A stretch of 64,000 nucleotides of DNA from an uncultured Gemmatimonadaceae bacterium (GCA_963790305.1 CAWBOC010000010.1:320001-384000); one strand, 5' to 3'; positions 37,729-48,204 are shown, counted from the first letter of the stretch. Numbers and translations are program-made. The notes: generated by a model not told the origin, from the sequence alone.

Positions 37729-38223
37729 CCCTGCTGCCATCTCTACCGCCTCATAGATCTTCAGGTACCCCGTGCATCGACAGAGATTGCCGCTCAACGA
37801 TTCCTTGATCTCATCGCGCGTCGGCGCCGGATTACTGTCGAGGAGCGCGCGGGCAGCGAGGAGAAACCCGGGGGTGCAGTATCCGCACTGGGCGGCGCCG
37901 AGCTCAGCGAACGCATCCTGGAGCGGATGCAGCGTCGCGCCTCGAGCCATGCCCTCGACCGTTTCGATACGGCGCTCCGCGTACGAGACCGCCAAGGCGA
38001 GACAGGAGAGGATCGGCGTCCCATCCACGAGCACGGTACAGGTGCCGCATTCGCCCAGCTCGCAGCCGTGCTTGGTTCCCGTGAGCCCGAGCTCCTCGCG
38101 CAGGACCTCGAGCAGCGTTTTTTGAGGCGCGAAGGCAACTTCCGCGCGCTCCCCGTTGACGGTGAAGGCCGCGTGTACCTTTTGCTTCGCGATGGGCTCG
38201 ATTAGGATCGGCTGTCCGGACAT
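37681..38223 (-). CDS. hcrC: (2Fe-2S)-binding small subunit (HcrC-like)
   Basis: GTKHGCELGECGTCTV, SCL, QCGYCTPG, GNLCRCTGY. Confidence 0.8.
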   Translation of the reverse strand: MSGQPILIEPIAKQKVHAAFTVNGERAEVAFAPQKTLLEVLREELGLTGTKHGCELGECGTCTVLVDGTPILSCLALAVSYAERRIETVEGMARGATLHPLQDAFAELGAAQCGYCTPGFLLAARALLDSNPAPTRDEIKESLSGNLCRCTGYLKIYEAVEMAAGRMRNAERGTLARANG

Positions 38224-38352
38224 GACTGAGGATGCCTAGGGAGGCAGATGAGCCGCAAGTCGCTCCCGAACGAGCGAAACTGTGACGCGTCGAGGCCTCG
38301 GAAGGGTGATCAAGTGGGTTCCGTTGCGCGGTCCAAATTGCCGAGAGGAAGT

Positions 38353-39600
38353 ATGTCCCTTCGCCGTCTTTTCCCCTGCCTGCTTCTCGCGGTCACTGCC
38401 TGCGCCGATTCGCCCCTGGGTCTGGGAGGCACCGCGCCCGACTCGCTCACGGTGCTTCCGCGAGCGCTGAGCCAGGATGAGCAGCAGACCATCGCCTCGA
38501 GCAACCGGTTCGCGTTCGACCTCTTCCGCAGCATCAACACCCGGTTTGCGGACACGAACGTCTTCATCTCTCCGCTGAGCGCGTCGTTCGCACTTGGAAT
38601 GACGATGGAGGGCGCCGAGGGAGAGACCTTCCAGGGGATGTCGGACGCGCTGCGCATTCTGGAGAGCGATCGGTCGCGCATCAACGCCGCCTATCGAGAC
38701 CTGATCGAGCTGCTGCTCGACCTCGACCCGTCGGTGGACATGCGCATCGCGAACGCGATCTGGTATCGCAATGGCTTTCCGATCCATCAGACATTCCTCG
38801 ACACGGTGGAACACTACTTCGATGCGCGCGTTGCCGGACTGGATTTCGACGACCCTGCGAGCGTGACGCGCATCAACGCCTGGGCCGACACCGCCACGGC
38901 GGGCAAGATTCCCGAAGTGCTCGACAATATCGGCGCCGAGATCGTGATGCTCCTCATGAACGCCATCTACTTCAAGGGAAGCTGGCGCTCGCAGTTCGAT
39001 CCAGGGAATACCCACAACGCGCCGTTCGCGACCGAGCGTGGCACGTCCTACTCAGCGCGGATGATGCACCTCGAGACGCAGGACGTGGCGCTCGCGTCGC
39101 TGAATGGGGTGCAAGCGGTCGATCTTCCTTACGGTCGCGCGGCATTTACCATGACCGCGATCCTTCCCCCAGCCGGCACCGATGTCGATGTCTTCATCGA
39201 ATCGCTCACTCAGCCACGGTGGGACGCGATCGTCGGCGCGCTGCACCAGGCGAAAGCCGACGTCTACCTCCCGAAATTCACCATGAAGTGGGAGGACACG
39301 CTCAATAGCGACTTGATCTCGATGGGGATGGAGAGCGCCTTCTGCGAGGGGTGTGCCGATTTCACGCGCATGTCTCCAGTCGGCGATGCGCTGTTCATCG
39401 ACTTCGTGAAGCAGAACACGTTCGTGAACGTCAACGAGGAGGGGACGGAAGCCGCCGCGGTCACGACGGTCGGCGTTGGCGTCACCAGCCTGCCGCCCTC
39501 GATCCGCTTCGACCGGCCGTTTGTGTTCGTAATTCGTGAGCGTTTGACGGGCACCATTCTGTTCATGGGTAAGGTCGCCGTTCCCATTAGCGAGAGCTAA
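38353..39600 (+). CDS. Serpin (serine protease inhibitor), lipoprotein
   Basis: VTAC lipobox, NVFISPLS, NAIYFKGSW, LPKF, hinge EEGTEAAAVT, FDRPFVF, ILFMG; GAGG RBS. Confidence 0.95.
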   Translation: MSLRRLFPCLLLAVTACADSPLGLGGTAPDSLTVLPRALSQDEQQTIASSNRFAFDLFRSINTRFADTNVFISPLSASFALGMTMEGAEGETFQGMSDALRILESDRSRINAAYRDLIELLLDLDPSVDMRIANAIWYRNGFPIHQTFLDTVEHYFDARVAGLDFDDPASVTRINAWADTATAGKIPEVLDNIGAEIVMLLMNAIYFKGSWRSQFDPGNTHNAPFATERGTSYSARMMHLETQDVALASLNGVQAVDLPYGRAAFTMTAILPPAGTDVDVFIESLTQPRWDAIVGALHQAKADVYLPKFTMKWEDTLNSDLISMGMESAFCEGCADFTRMSPVGDALFIDFVKQNTFVNVNEEGTEAAAVTTVGVGVTSLPPSIRFDRPFVFVIRERLTGTILFMGKVAVPISES

Positions 39601-39822
39601 ACAGGTGTACCCGAACACGTGCCGTAGCGTCGTACAGAATCGTCTATAGACAACGCTGTTCACGACGCCTCCACGTGGGAGTCGCACATCTCCAGGGTCG
39701 CACCACCCGCTTCCGGCGACATCGCCGAAAGCGCATTACCCGAGCTCGCGCCATTACCGAGCGATTATCTCGACGCGGCCCCTGACCCGGGCTTCGATCG
39801 ATCCGCACGCATCGCCGCCGCG

Positions 39823-41970
39823 ATGGTGCGGGCGCCGCTGGCGTTCCTCGTGCTCGTGCTCGGTGACCGCCACGTGCTCAAGAGCGCGTGGGGACTTCCG
39901 GCGGCGCCGCCTCCGCGCACCGATTTTCCCGCGACTGAGTCCCCATTCGGATTCATTCTCGCGACCACGGCGCCGCGAGTGGTCAATGACTCGTGGGACC
40001 ACGAGGTGCTGCGCGCGCTGCCGATCCTCGCCGCACTCGGCGTCCGCTCCTACCTGACGACGCCGCTCGCTCTCGCCGACGTGATGATCGGCGCACTCGT
40101 CGTCCTCGACCACGCGCCGCGATCCTGGTCGGAGAAGGAGATCGCGCAGATGGGCGACGTCGCCGCATTCGTCACGACGGAGATCGAGCTTCGTCGCGAG
40201 CGATTCGGACACGATCGCGCTGTCGCCGAGCACCGCGAGAGCGAGAGTCTGCTGCGCAGCGTCATCGAGAGCACCGCACTCGCCGTCGCGGTGAAGGACC
40301 TCGACGGTCGATATCGGATGATCAATGAAGCGGGCGCGGCCATCCTGGGCTGGGGCGCCAACGAGATCATCGGCAAGCTCGATCTCGATCTGGTCGATGC
40401 CGATCTCGCTCAGCGCATTCGCGACCGCGACCGGGACATCCTCATGGCGGGTGGGGTGCTCCTGTCCGAGGACGATGCCCCGGGCGCGCCGCACGGCGTA
40501 CGATCATCGACGACCGTCTTCAAGAACGCCGAAGGCGATGCGGCGGGTCTCATCAGCATCTCGCGCGTCATCACCGAGCGGCAGCGAGCCGAAGAAGCGC
40601 TGCGTCTCCTTCACTCGATCGTGGCGCGCATCGCGGAGGCGGAAGACTTCTCCAGCGCGCTGCATCTGGCGCTGTGGCACGTGTGCGACGTCACCGGGTG
40701 GGTGTTCGGTGAAGTCTGGATGCCCACCACCGACGGACGCTCGCTGGAACGCTCCGACATCCGGCACAGCGTGCGAGCGGACCTGCTCTCGCGCGATGTC
40801 GCTCACGTCACCGCGCTTCCGCCCGGAGAAGGACTTGCCGGCCGTGCCTGGTCGACCAAGCAGGCGGTCTGGGTTCCGAACGTCGAGGAAGATCAGGCGT
40901 TCGCGCGCGCAGGCCATGCAACCGCACTCGGGCTCAAGTCGGGGGTGGCCATTCCGGTGCTTGCCGCCGAGGAAGCGGTGGCCGTGCTCGTCTTTTACAT
41001 GTACGAAGTCCGCGAGCAGGATGAGCGCCTCGTCCACCTCATCTCGGTGGTGAGCGCGCAGCTGGGCGCATTCATTCGGCGCAAGCGCGCCGAGGACGCA
41101 CTCCGGCACAGCGAGGAGAATGCGCGCCGGCTGATCGAGAATCTCAATGACGTCATCATGGTGCTCGATGCCGAGGGCAGGCTCACCTACGTCAGCCCGT
41201 CAGTCGAGCGCACCCTTGGCCGTAGTCCGGACGACGAGCTCGGCCGATCGATCTTCGACTTCGTCCATACCGACGATGTCGCGCGCGCCCAGGACATGAT
41301 TGCCGACGCGCTCGGCGCTCCCGGCTTCTCGCGCTCGATCGAGATCCGGCTTCAACATCGGAATGGTCACTGGCGATACATGGAGGTCATCGGAAACGCC
41401 GTGCTCGACCCGCACGGCGTGCCGACGATCATCGTCAATGCGCGCGATCTCACCGAGCGTCAGCGGCTGCAAGCCGAGCTGCGTCGCATGTCGGTGACCG
41501 ACGATCTGACCGGCCTGAACAATCGCCGCGGCTTCTTCATGCTCGCCGAGCAGGAGATGAAGCTCGCGCGGCGGCTGAAGAAGGATCTACTGCTCGTGTT
41601 CGTCGACCTCGATGACTTCAAGTCGATCAATGACACGCACGGTCACCAGGTCGGCGACCAGGCGCTGGCGGAGACGGCGGAAATCCTGCGCACGACCTTC
41701 CGCGAATCCGACGTGCTCGCGCGTCTTGGCGGCGACGAGTTCGTGGCGCTGGCGATGTTCTCGCCCGAGGAGACCGACGACATCATCGAGACACGCCTGC
41801 ACCAGACGCTGGCCGAGCACAACGCGCGGCCCTCGCGGAAGTACGCGCTCTCGATCAGCACGGGCGTCGCCAGGTTCGATGCGAGAAACGTGCAGTCGCT
41901 CGCCGAGCTCATGGCGATCGCGGACGATGCGCTTTATGAGCAGAAGAGGGCGCGGAAGCAGCGCCACTAG
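39823..41970 (+). CDS. Diguanylate cyclase (GAF-PAS-GAF-PAS-GGDEF); true start probably further upstream
   Basis: DDLTGLNNRR, DLDDFKSINDTHGHQVGD, RESD I-site, RLGGDEF. The frame stays open upstream (DPGFDRSARIAA) without a canonical start. Confidence 0.9.
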   Translation: MVRAPLAFLVLVLGDRHVLKSAWGLPAAPPPRTDFPATESPFGFILATTAPRVVNDSWDHEVLRALPILAALGVRSYLTTPLALADVMIGALVVLDHAPRSWSEKEIAQMGDVAAFVTTEIELRRERFGHDRAVAEHRESESLLRSVIESTALAVAVKDLDGRYRMINEAGAAILGWGANEIIGKLDLDLVDADLAQRIRDRDRDILMAGGVLLSEDDAPGAPHGVRSSTTVFKNAEGDAAGLISISRVITERQRAEEALRLLHSIVARIAEAEDFSSALHLALWHVCDVTGWVFGEVWMPTTDGRSLERSDIRHSVRADLLSRDVAHVTALPPGEGLAGRAWSTKQAVWVPNVEEDQAFARAGHATALGLKSGVAIPVLAAEEAVAVLVFYMYEVREQDERLVHLISVVSAQLGAFIRRKRAEDALRHSEENARRLIENLNDVIMVLDAEGRLTYVSPSVERTLGRSPDDELGRSIFDFVHTDDVARAQDMIADALGAPGFSRSIEIRLQHRNGHWRYMEVIGNAVLDPHGVPTIIVNARDLTERQRLQAELRRMSVTDDLTGLNNRRGFFMLAEQEMKLARRLKKDLLLVFVDLDDFKSINDTHGHQVGDQALAETAEILRTTFRESDVLARLGGDEFVALAMFSPEETDDIIETRLHQTLAEHNARPSRKYALSISTGVARFDARNVQSLAELMAIADDALYEQKRARKQRH

Positions 41971-42086
41971 GGGTCAGGAGTCAGGGGTCAGAGATCAGGG
42001 GGTGCCAGGGCGAGGTCAGGGACTCTCGCGCAGCTCCTGATCCCTTCGCCCTGACACCTGACCTGACCCCTGACTCCTGACCCCTG
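41968..42086. repeat. Family A palindromic element, copy A3 (begins at the DGC TAG stop)
   Basis: TAGGGGTCAGGAGTCAGGGGTCAGAGATCAGG ... CCTGACCCCTGACTCCTGACCCCT. Confidence 0.8.
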
Positions 42087-42089
42087 GTC

Positions 42090-43457
42090 TCAGACGGCGT
42101 CAGAAAGGGAAGTGAAATTCCAATCGCGCACGCGCAACGACGGCACAACGCGCCCCGCCTCCACCCTCTCAGCCCGCCCGAGCTCATCGATCTTGTTCAG
42201 CATGAACAGCGGGCTCTCGTTCCAGCGGAAGTTCTTGAGCGGGCGAGTGATCTTGCCGTTCTCGATCAGGAAGGTGCCATCGCGGGTCAGACCGGTCACC
42301 ATCACCGTGCGCTGATCGAGGAAGCGGATATACCAGAAGCGCGTCACGAGAATGCCGCGCTGCGTGCCCGCGACCAGCTCGTCGACGCTCTTCGTGCCGC
42401 CCACCATCTTGAGCCCTCCCGGCATTCCGCCTCCACCCCCACCGCCGCCTCCGCCGCCGCCGCCACCACCACCCGTCGGCTGCACCCCCTTCTTGTCGGC
42501 CCAGAACCGGGAGTACGCGAGATTCTTCAGGACCCCGCTCTCGATCCATGTGGTACGCCGCAGTGGGAGTCCCTCGGTGTCGAAGGGGCGCATCAGCAGG
42601 TCTCGGTCGGCCGGATCCGAATAGATCGTCACGCGCTCGTCAGCGATCTTCTCGCCGAGCTTCGTGCCCCCCGGTTTCGCGAACGCGCTACGACCCTCGT
42701 CGGTGCTGCGCGCGTTGAATGACCCCGCGAGCAGTGGCAGCACATCCGACACGGCCTGCGGCTCGAGCACCACCGTGTACATCCCCGGCTCGATCGCCTG
42801 AGGATTGCGCGACGCCAGTGCCTTGTCCGCCGCTCGGCGGCCGAGTGACGCGGCATTGATGTCGCCCCAATCGCGCGATCCCGCGACGGCATAACCGGAA
42901 CCCGTTCCGTCCGGGGTACGAGCCGTGGTCGACATCAATGTGTCGGTGCTGGCATGATACGCGAACAGTCCCGAGTTCGTGGCGACCGCGCTCGCGCCCG
43001 CGTTGGCCTCGATGAATCCCGCGATCGCCAGCTTGTTGGTGCGGGCCTGCTCGGCATCGATCACCTGTTGAGCGGCCAGGGCGCGCGCCTCGGGGCCGAG
43101 GTCGGCGGTGCGCTCGACGAACGCGTCCACCGACCCGTGCTGCTGCGGACCGAGCTCGGGCATGATCTCGGGATCTTCCGGCGCGAGGCGAGCAAGTCGC
43201 TCGGACAGCTCGACCGTACGCTTGAGCAATGCGTCATCGAGCACGTTCGTCGACGTCGACGCGCGCCGTCGTCCAATGGTGCTGGTGATGGTGACATCGG
43301 TGTCGCTGATGCCGCCGGCGGTCGTGATCTCACTCGCCGCGAACCGCGTATTGCCACTCCAGCCTGAGCCGACGGTGACGCGGGTCTGTTCCGCCGTCGC
43401 GAACCCGAGAACACGGGCTGTCAGGGCGCGGGCTTCATCTCTCGTCAGGATTGCCAT
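42090..43457 (-). CDS. TldE/PmbA-family protein
   Basis: TRFA, PGMYTVVLEP.AV, FDTEG, TGLTRDGTFLIENG, NFRWNESP; lacks HExxxH. Confidence 0.88.
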   Translation of the reverse strand: MAILTRDEARALTARVLGFATAEQTRVTVGSGWSGNTRFAASEITTAGGISDTDVTITSTIGRRRASTSTNVLDDALLKRTVELSERLARLAPEDPEIMPELGPQQHGSVDAFVERTADLGPEARALAAQQVIDAEQARTNKLAIAGFIEANAGASAVATNSGLFAYHASTDTLMSTTARTPDGTGSGYAVAGSRDWGDINAASLGRRAADKALASRNPQAIEPGMYTVVLEPQAVSDVLPLLAGSFNARSTDEGRSAFAKPGGTKLGEKIADERVTIYSDPADRDLLMRPFDTEGLPLRRTTWIESGVLKNLAYSRFWADKKGVQPTGGGGGGGGGGGGGGGGMPGGLKMVGGTKSVDELVAGTQRGILVTRFWYIRFLDQRTVMVTGLTRDGTFLIENGKITRPLKNFRWNESPLFMLNKIDELGRAERVEAGRVVPSLRVRDWNFTSLSDAV

Positions 43458-43467
43458 GGCTCGATAA

Positions 43468-43591
43468 GGGATCAGGAGTCGGGAGTCAGGGATCAGGGGG
43501 GTTCAGGGTCGGGGTATCAGGGATGCGCGAGCCGTTCGCCTCGCACCATTCCCTGAAACCCCCTGATCCCTGACTCCTGACTCCTGCCCCC
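43468..43591. repeat. Family A palindromic element, copy A4, between tldD and tldE
   Basis: GGGATCAGGAGTCGGGAGTCAGGGATCAGGGG ... CCCCTGATCCCTGACTCCTGACTCCTGCCCC. Confidence 0.8.
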
Positions 43592-43598
43592 TCGTTCG

Positions 43599-45212
43599 TT
43601 AGGCCGTACGTCCCGTATTCACGATATTGACATTCTGAAACCTCGCGGGGGGGCACCCGTGACTCACCGAGTTCGACTGGCTCGGTTCCCCCTTGCCATC
43701 GCCGAACGACCCGCCAAGCCAGTACGAGCGCTGCCCACCGATCATGTCCATCGAGTTCCAGAACTCCGGCGTGCGACTCTGGTATGCCACATCCTTGAGC
43801 ATGCCGACGATCTTGCCGCCGCGCACTTCGTAGGCGAGCTGGCCGGAGAACTGGAAGTTGTAGCGCTGCTGATCGATCGACCACGATCCACGATTGCGAA
43901 TGACAATGCCGCGGTCGGTGGCGGCGATGATGTCGTCGATCGTGATGTCGCGCTCCCCGGGCATGAGCGAGACGTTCGGCATTCGCTGGAACTGGACGCT
44001 CGACCAGGAGTCGGCGAACGAGCAGCCGTGCGAGCGCCGGACGCCGGTAAGATTCGAGATCCACGCCGCCTGGTCGCGCGTCGTCTGGTAGTCCTTGAAC
44101 ATGCCACGCTCGATGAGCAGCCACTGATCGGCGGGGACGCCCTCGTCGTCCCATGCCGTGCGTGAGAGCGATTCCGCCTGGGTGCGATCGGCTTGCACGT
44201 TCATGAAGTCGGGCCCGTACTTGAGCTTCCCAATGGTCGCCTCGGGCGGCGCGATGAAGCTCGTGCCGGCATAGTTCGCCTCGTAGCCCACCGCGCGGTC
44301 GAGCTCCGTGGGATGCCCGATCGACTCGTGAATCGTGAGCCAGAGGTTGGTCGGATCGAGAATCAGCGCATAACGACCCACCTCCACCGACTTCGCCGAC
44401 AGCTTCTGTACCGCGTACGACGCCCACTCCTCGGCGTTCCCCGGCATGTTGAGACCGGTGATGTACTCCCAGCCAGACCCGCGCGGCGCGATCTCGTGGT
44501 TGTAGCTCTGGAAATCACCGGGTGCGACGGCGGTCGCGGTGAACTGCGGCCCGACGCGGACGAAGGTCTGCACGGTGTAGGTGCCGTCGGTGGTGGCGAG
44601 GGTCTTCTCTTCGCGCAGCAACGCCAGCCCCGAGTTCACGAACCGCACGCCCTTGGCGCGTAACGCCGCCTCGTTTGCCCCGAGCAGCAGCGCGACCTTG
44701 TCCTCGATCGGCACGTCGACGGGATCCGTCTGCACCGGCGTCCGCCACGTCCCGACGACGGCCTGCACCGGTGCGAGCTCGACGGGACGCTTCTGTGCGC
44801 TCCGCGCCGCCCGCGCAATGCGCGCCGCCTCGCGCGCGGCCAGCTGCACCGCTTCGCGCGTCATCTGGCTCGTGGCCGCAAACCCCCACGACCCGTTGAC
44901 CAGCGCGCGCACTCCAATGCCATACGACTCGGCGTCGTTCACGGCCGTGACCTGTCGCTCGCGCGTGGCCACGAACTGGCGTCGATACCGCCCGATGCGC
45001 GCGTCGGCATACGACGCTCCCGCATCACGCGCCGCGTTCAGCGCCTCCATCGCGAGATCGCGGATACCTGCATCGCCTGGCAGACTCGCGCGAGCAGGAT
45101 CGGCGATCACCGGCGTCGGCGCCGTCTCCGGAAGCGTGCCACCGGGCGCGCACGCCGCAGCCACCGCCGCGGCGGAGGCGGTCTTCAGAAAGTCGCGTCG
45201 GGAGGGGGACAT
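43599..45212 (-). CDS. TldD-family metalloprotease with Tat/lipoprotein signal
   Basis: SRRDFLK..AAAC, HESIGHPTELDR, WDDEG, RMPN, GKGEP.Q..VSHG.P. Confidence 0.9.
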   Translation of the reverse strand: MSPSRRDFLKTASAAAVAAACAPGGTLPETAPTPVIADPARASLPGDAGIRDLAMEALNAARDAGASYADARIGRYRRQFVATRERQVTAVNDAESYGIGVRALVNGSWGFAATSQMTREAVQLAAREAARIARAARSAQKRPVELAPVQAVVGTWRTPVQTDPVDVPIEDKVALLLGANEAALRAKGVRFVNSGLALLREEKTLATTDGTYTVQTFVRVGPQFTATAVAPGDFQSYNHEIAPRGSGWEYITGLNMPGNAEEWASYAVQKLSAKSVEVGRYALILDPTNLWLTIHESIGHPTELDRAVGYEANYAGTSFIAPPEATIGKLKYGPDFMNVQADRTQAESLSRTAWDDEGVPADQWLLIERGMFKDYQTTRDQAAWISNLTGVRRSHGCSFADSWSSVQFQRMPNVSLMPGERDITIDDIIAATDRGIVIRNRGSWSIDQQRYNFQFSGQLAYEVRGGKIVGMLKDVAYQSRTPEFWNSMDMIGGQRSYWLGGSFGDGKGEPSQSNSVSHGCPPARFQNVNIVNTGRTA

Positions 45213-45241
45213 GGGAGAAGGTCAGTGGGACGTTGAAGGAT

Positions 45242-45303
45242 GAATTCGGAACGCGGAATGCGGACCAACTGCATCAAGATCCGCATTCCGTATTCCGCAT
45301 TCG
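45242..45303. repeat. Family C palindromic element, copy C2
   Basis: GAATTCGGAACGCGGAATGCGGA ... TCCGCATTCCGTATTCCGCATTC. Confidence 0.8.
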
Positions 45304-45305
45304 GC

Positions 45306-46526
45306 TCACTCGTACCTCAAAGCCAAGATCGGATCCAGACTCGCCGCCCGCCGAGCCGGCCAGACGCCAAAGACGATGCCAACCACGGCCGCAAAGAGGA
45401 AGGCGAGGCCCACCGAGATCATCGAGACATCGGTATTCCAGTCCATCGACTCCCGCAAGACTGTGGCCGAGCCCACGCCCAGGATCACGCCGATGAGGCC
45501 GCCGAGCAGACAGAGAACCACCGCCTCGATCAGGAACTGGAGCAGGATGTTGATGCGCGTGGCGCCAAGCGCCTTGCGCACGCCGATCTCCCGCGTTCGC
45601 TCCGTGACGGAGACGAGCATGATGTTCATGATGCCGATCCCGCCCACGAGCAACGACACCGTCGCGATGCCGAGGAGCAGCACGCCGAAGACCTTGGTCG
45701 TTTCTTCGAAGGTCGACAGGAAGTCCGACTGGTTCCGGATCTGGAAATCGTCCTCGCGTCCCGGCCGCAACCAATGCTCCCGGCGGAGAATGCGCTGGAT
45801 CTCCGCCATCGCGTTCGGAATCTGCGCTTCGCTTTGCGCGAGGACGTTGATCGAGCGGAGAAAGTTCGATCCCATCACGCGAAAGCGCGCGGTCTGAAGT
45901 GGAATGAGCACGAGGTCATCGGGGTCCTGGAATCCGCTCCCGGTGCCCTTGCGGTCGAGAACGCCGACGACGTCGAACTGAATGCCGCGAATGCGGATCG
46001 ATTCCCCAATGAGCGCCTCGGCCGACTCGAGTCCGAGATTCTCCACCACCGTGGGGCCGAGCACTGCCACGCGCTTGCGTCCGTCGTCGTCGCTATTGGT
46101 GAACATCTTTCCCGCGGCGAGACGATACTTCCGCACGTCGAGATAGTTCGCCGTCGTTCCGACGATCTGCGTGTTGGTGTTCTTGTTGACGTACTGCACC
46201 TGGAGCTGCCGATTCATCTCCGGCTGCACTGCGGTGAGGAGCGTCGCGCGCTCGGCGACCGCTTCCGCGTCCTCCATCGTCAGGCGAGCCCGAGTGTCCT
46301 GGACGACGACGCCCCGCCCGAACTGCTGGCCGGGCATGATGGTCAGCAGCGTCGTGCCAAGGGCACTGATGCGATCGCGGACCGCCTGCTGCGCGCCGCG
46401 ACCGAGCGCGATCATCGCGATCACGGCCGCGACGCCGATCACGATCCCGAGCATGGTCAGGAACGACCGCATTTTGTTCGCGCGGAGCGCGCCGAGCGCG
46501 ACCCGGAGGATCTCGCCGATCAGCAT
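45306..46526 (-). CDS. MacB/FtsX-like ABC transporter permease
   Basis: RSFLTMLGIVIGVAAV, GGIGIMNIMLVSVTERTREIGVRKALGA, PARRAASLDPI.ALRYE. Confidence 0.93.
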   Translation of the reverse strand: MLIGEILRVALGALRANKMRSFLTMLGIVIGVAAVIAMIALGRGAQQAVRDRISALGTTLLTIMPGQQFGRGVVVQDTRARLTMEDAEAVAERATLLTAVQPEMNRQLQVQYVNKNTNTQIVGTTANYLDVRKYRLAAGKMFTNSDDDGRKRVAVLGPTVVENLGLESAEALIGESIRIRGIQFDVVGVLDRKGTGSGFQDPDDLVLIPLQTARFRVMGSNFLRSINVLAQSEAQIPNAMAEIQRILRREHWLRPGREDDFQIRNQSDFLSTFEETTKVFGVLLLGIATVSLLVGGIGIMNIMLVSVTERTREIGVRKALGATRINILLQFLIEAVVLCLLGGLIGVILGVGSATVLRESMDWNTDVSMISVGLAFLFAAVVGIVFGVWPARRAASLDPILALRYE

Positions 46527-46527
46527 G

Positions 46528-48195
46528 CTACTGGCCTCCGCCGCGTGGGGCGCCTCCGCCGCCACCGCCACCCCCGCCTCCCGCAGCGCCGCCCTGCTGG
46601 CGTTGCATGCCGGGGACACCGCCACCGGTCATACCGCGAAAGCGCTCGAGCTGCTGCTGGCGGCGCTGCTGCAGCGCCGCGGCGGTGACAATCGCGACCT
46701 GCTCGCCTTCGACCAGGCCGGATCGGACCTCGGTATAGTCATAGTTGGCGATGCCTAACGTGACGATGCGGGGCTCGAAGGTCGACCCCTTGGCGACGAA
46801 CACCAGACCCCTTCGTCCGCCACCGTTGGGACCGCGCGGTGCTTCACCGCTCACCGTAGGCCGCTGAATCCCGGAGCTGTCGGCCGCCCCGCGCTGCGCC
46901 CGCATGCACGCCATGCCAACCCGACCATCCACACCGAGCTCGGCGTAGACGGCGCGCATCTGTTCGCGGATCGGCGCGGGATCGGCGACGGCAGACGTCA
47001 TCCGTGCCATCCGGAGGGAGTCGAGACGCGCGCGAAGCTGAGGCTTCTTCTCCAGCGCCGCGCGAACCTCGGCACACTGGGCCGCCGTTGGGACGGGCAG
47101 CTGTGACAGCTGACCCTGTTGCGGAGCTTGCCCGGCGTCACTCACGATCACGTCGCCGCGCGAAATCGTCGTGACGCGGTCGCCACCATTGGCGCCGCCA
47201 TTCGATGCGCCGGGCGATTGCGATTGCAGTTGCCGGCGCACGCTGTCGGGATCGAGCCCGAGCGCCGCCGCCGCGGTCGTGATGTCACGCGGAGGGCGCA
47301 CCGCGTCGTTCGGCACCGAGATCACGTTCTCACGCCGCTCGACGAGCACTGACACTTCGCCATTCATGCCGGGCATGAGGAGCCCTTCGCGATTGGAAAC
47401 CGCGACGAGCACCGGGAACATGGTCACGTTCTGCTGCACGACCGCCTGCGGCTCGATCTTCTCGACGGAGCCGCGGAATGGCCGGTCCGGATACGCATCG
47501 ACCGTCACCGTGGCCTGCTGGCCCGGCTGGATGTTTCCAATGTCCGTCTCGTTGACGAGCGCGCGAACGCGCACCTGTGAGAGGTCGGCCATCTTGAGGA
47601 GCAAGGTGCCGCCGCCAAACGCGCCGGTCGCCGACGTGATGACCTGTCCCGTGGACACCGCCTTCTCGATGATCGTGCCGGCGAGCGGCGCGCGGACGGT
47701 TGCATCGTCGAGGCGCTGTTGCGCCAAATCGAGCGAGGCGTCGGCGCGAGTCGCCTGCGCCTGCGCATTTGCGTAGTCGAGCTGCGCCGTCTCGAGCTCC
47801 TGCGCGGTGATGATCTGCTGCTTGAACAGGTCCTCGGACCGCTTGCGCTGTGCCGCGGCCACGGCGACGCGCGCCTGCGCGGCCCGAAGATCGGCCAGGG
47901 CCTGGTTGTACTGATTGCGTACGTCGCGCGTGTCGACCTGTACGAGCAGGTCGCCCGGTTTCACGAGCGTTCCCGTCTCGACGGGCATCCGCTCGATCTG
48001 CCCCGAGGCCTTCGACTTCACCTCGATGACGTTGATCGGCTCGACGACTCCCGTCGCCTCGGCGTCGACGACGATGTCGCGCCGCTCGACCGCGACCGTC
48101 TGAATCGTGGATTCCTGTTCCTCATCGCCCTTGCACGCGGTGAGGCTGGCGAGTGCAATGACAACAGCGGCTGTAGCGCGCAAAATGAGCTCCAT
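46528..48195 (-). CDS. Efflux periplasmic adaptor subunit (MacA/HlyD-like), lipoprotein
   Basis: LTAC lipobox, EVKSKASG, VKPGDLL, RAPLAG, VNETDI, LMPGMN, SGLVEGE. Confidence 0.9.
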   Translation of the reverse strand: MELILRATAAVVIALASLTACKGDEEQESTIQTVAVERRDIVVDAEATGVVEPINVIEVKSKASGQIERMPVETGTLVKPGDLLVQVDTRDVRNQYNQALADLRAAQARVAVAAAQRKRSEDLFKQQIITAQELETAQLDYANAQAQATRADASLDLAQQRLDDATVRAPLAGTIIEKAVSTGQVITSATGAFGGGTLLLKMADLSQVRVRALVNETDIGNIQPGQQATVTVDAYPDRPFRGSVEKIEPQAVVQQNVTMFPVLVAVSNREGLLMPGMNGEVSVLVERRENVISVPNDAVRPPRDITTAAAALGLDPDSVRRQLQSQSPGASNGGANGGDRVTTISRGDVIVSDAGQAPQQGQLSQLPVPTAAQCAEVRAALEKKPQLRARLDSLRMARMTSAVADPAPIREQMRAVYAELGVDGRVGMACMRAQRGAADSSGIQRPTVSGEAPRGPNGGGRRGLVFVAKGSTFEPRIVTLGIANYDYTEVRSGLVEGEQVAIVTAAALQQRRQQQLERFRGMTGGGVPGMQRQQGGAAGGGGGGGGGGAPRGGGQ

Positions 48196-48204
48196 GAGTT
48201 GATT

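Noticed and set aside
42421..42475. Poly-Gly tract in TldE, plus the (RE)n tract in the PDZ protein and the Gly-rich adaptor tail
   Set aside because: Ordinary low-complexity linkers inside intact ORFs.
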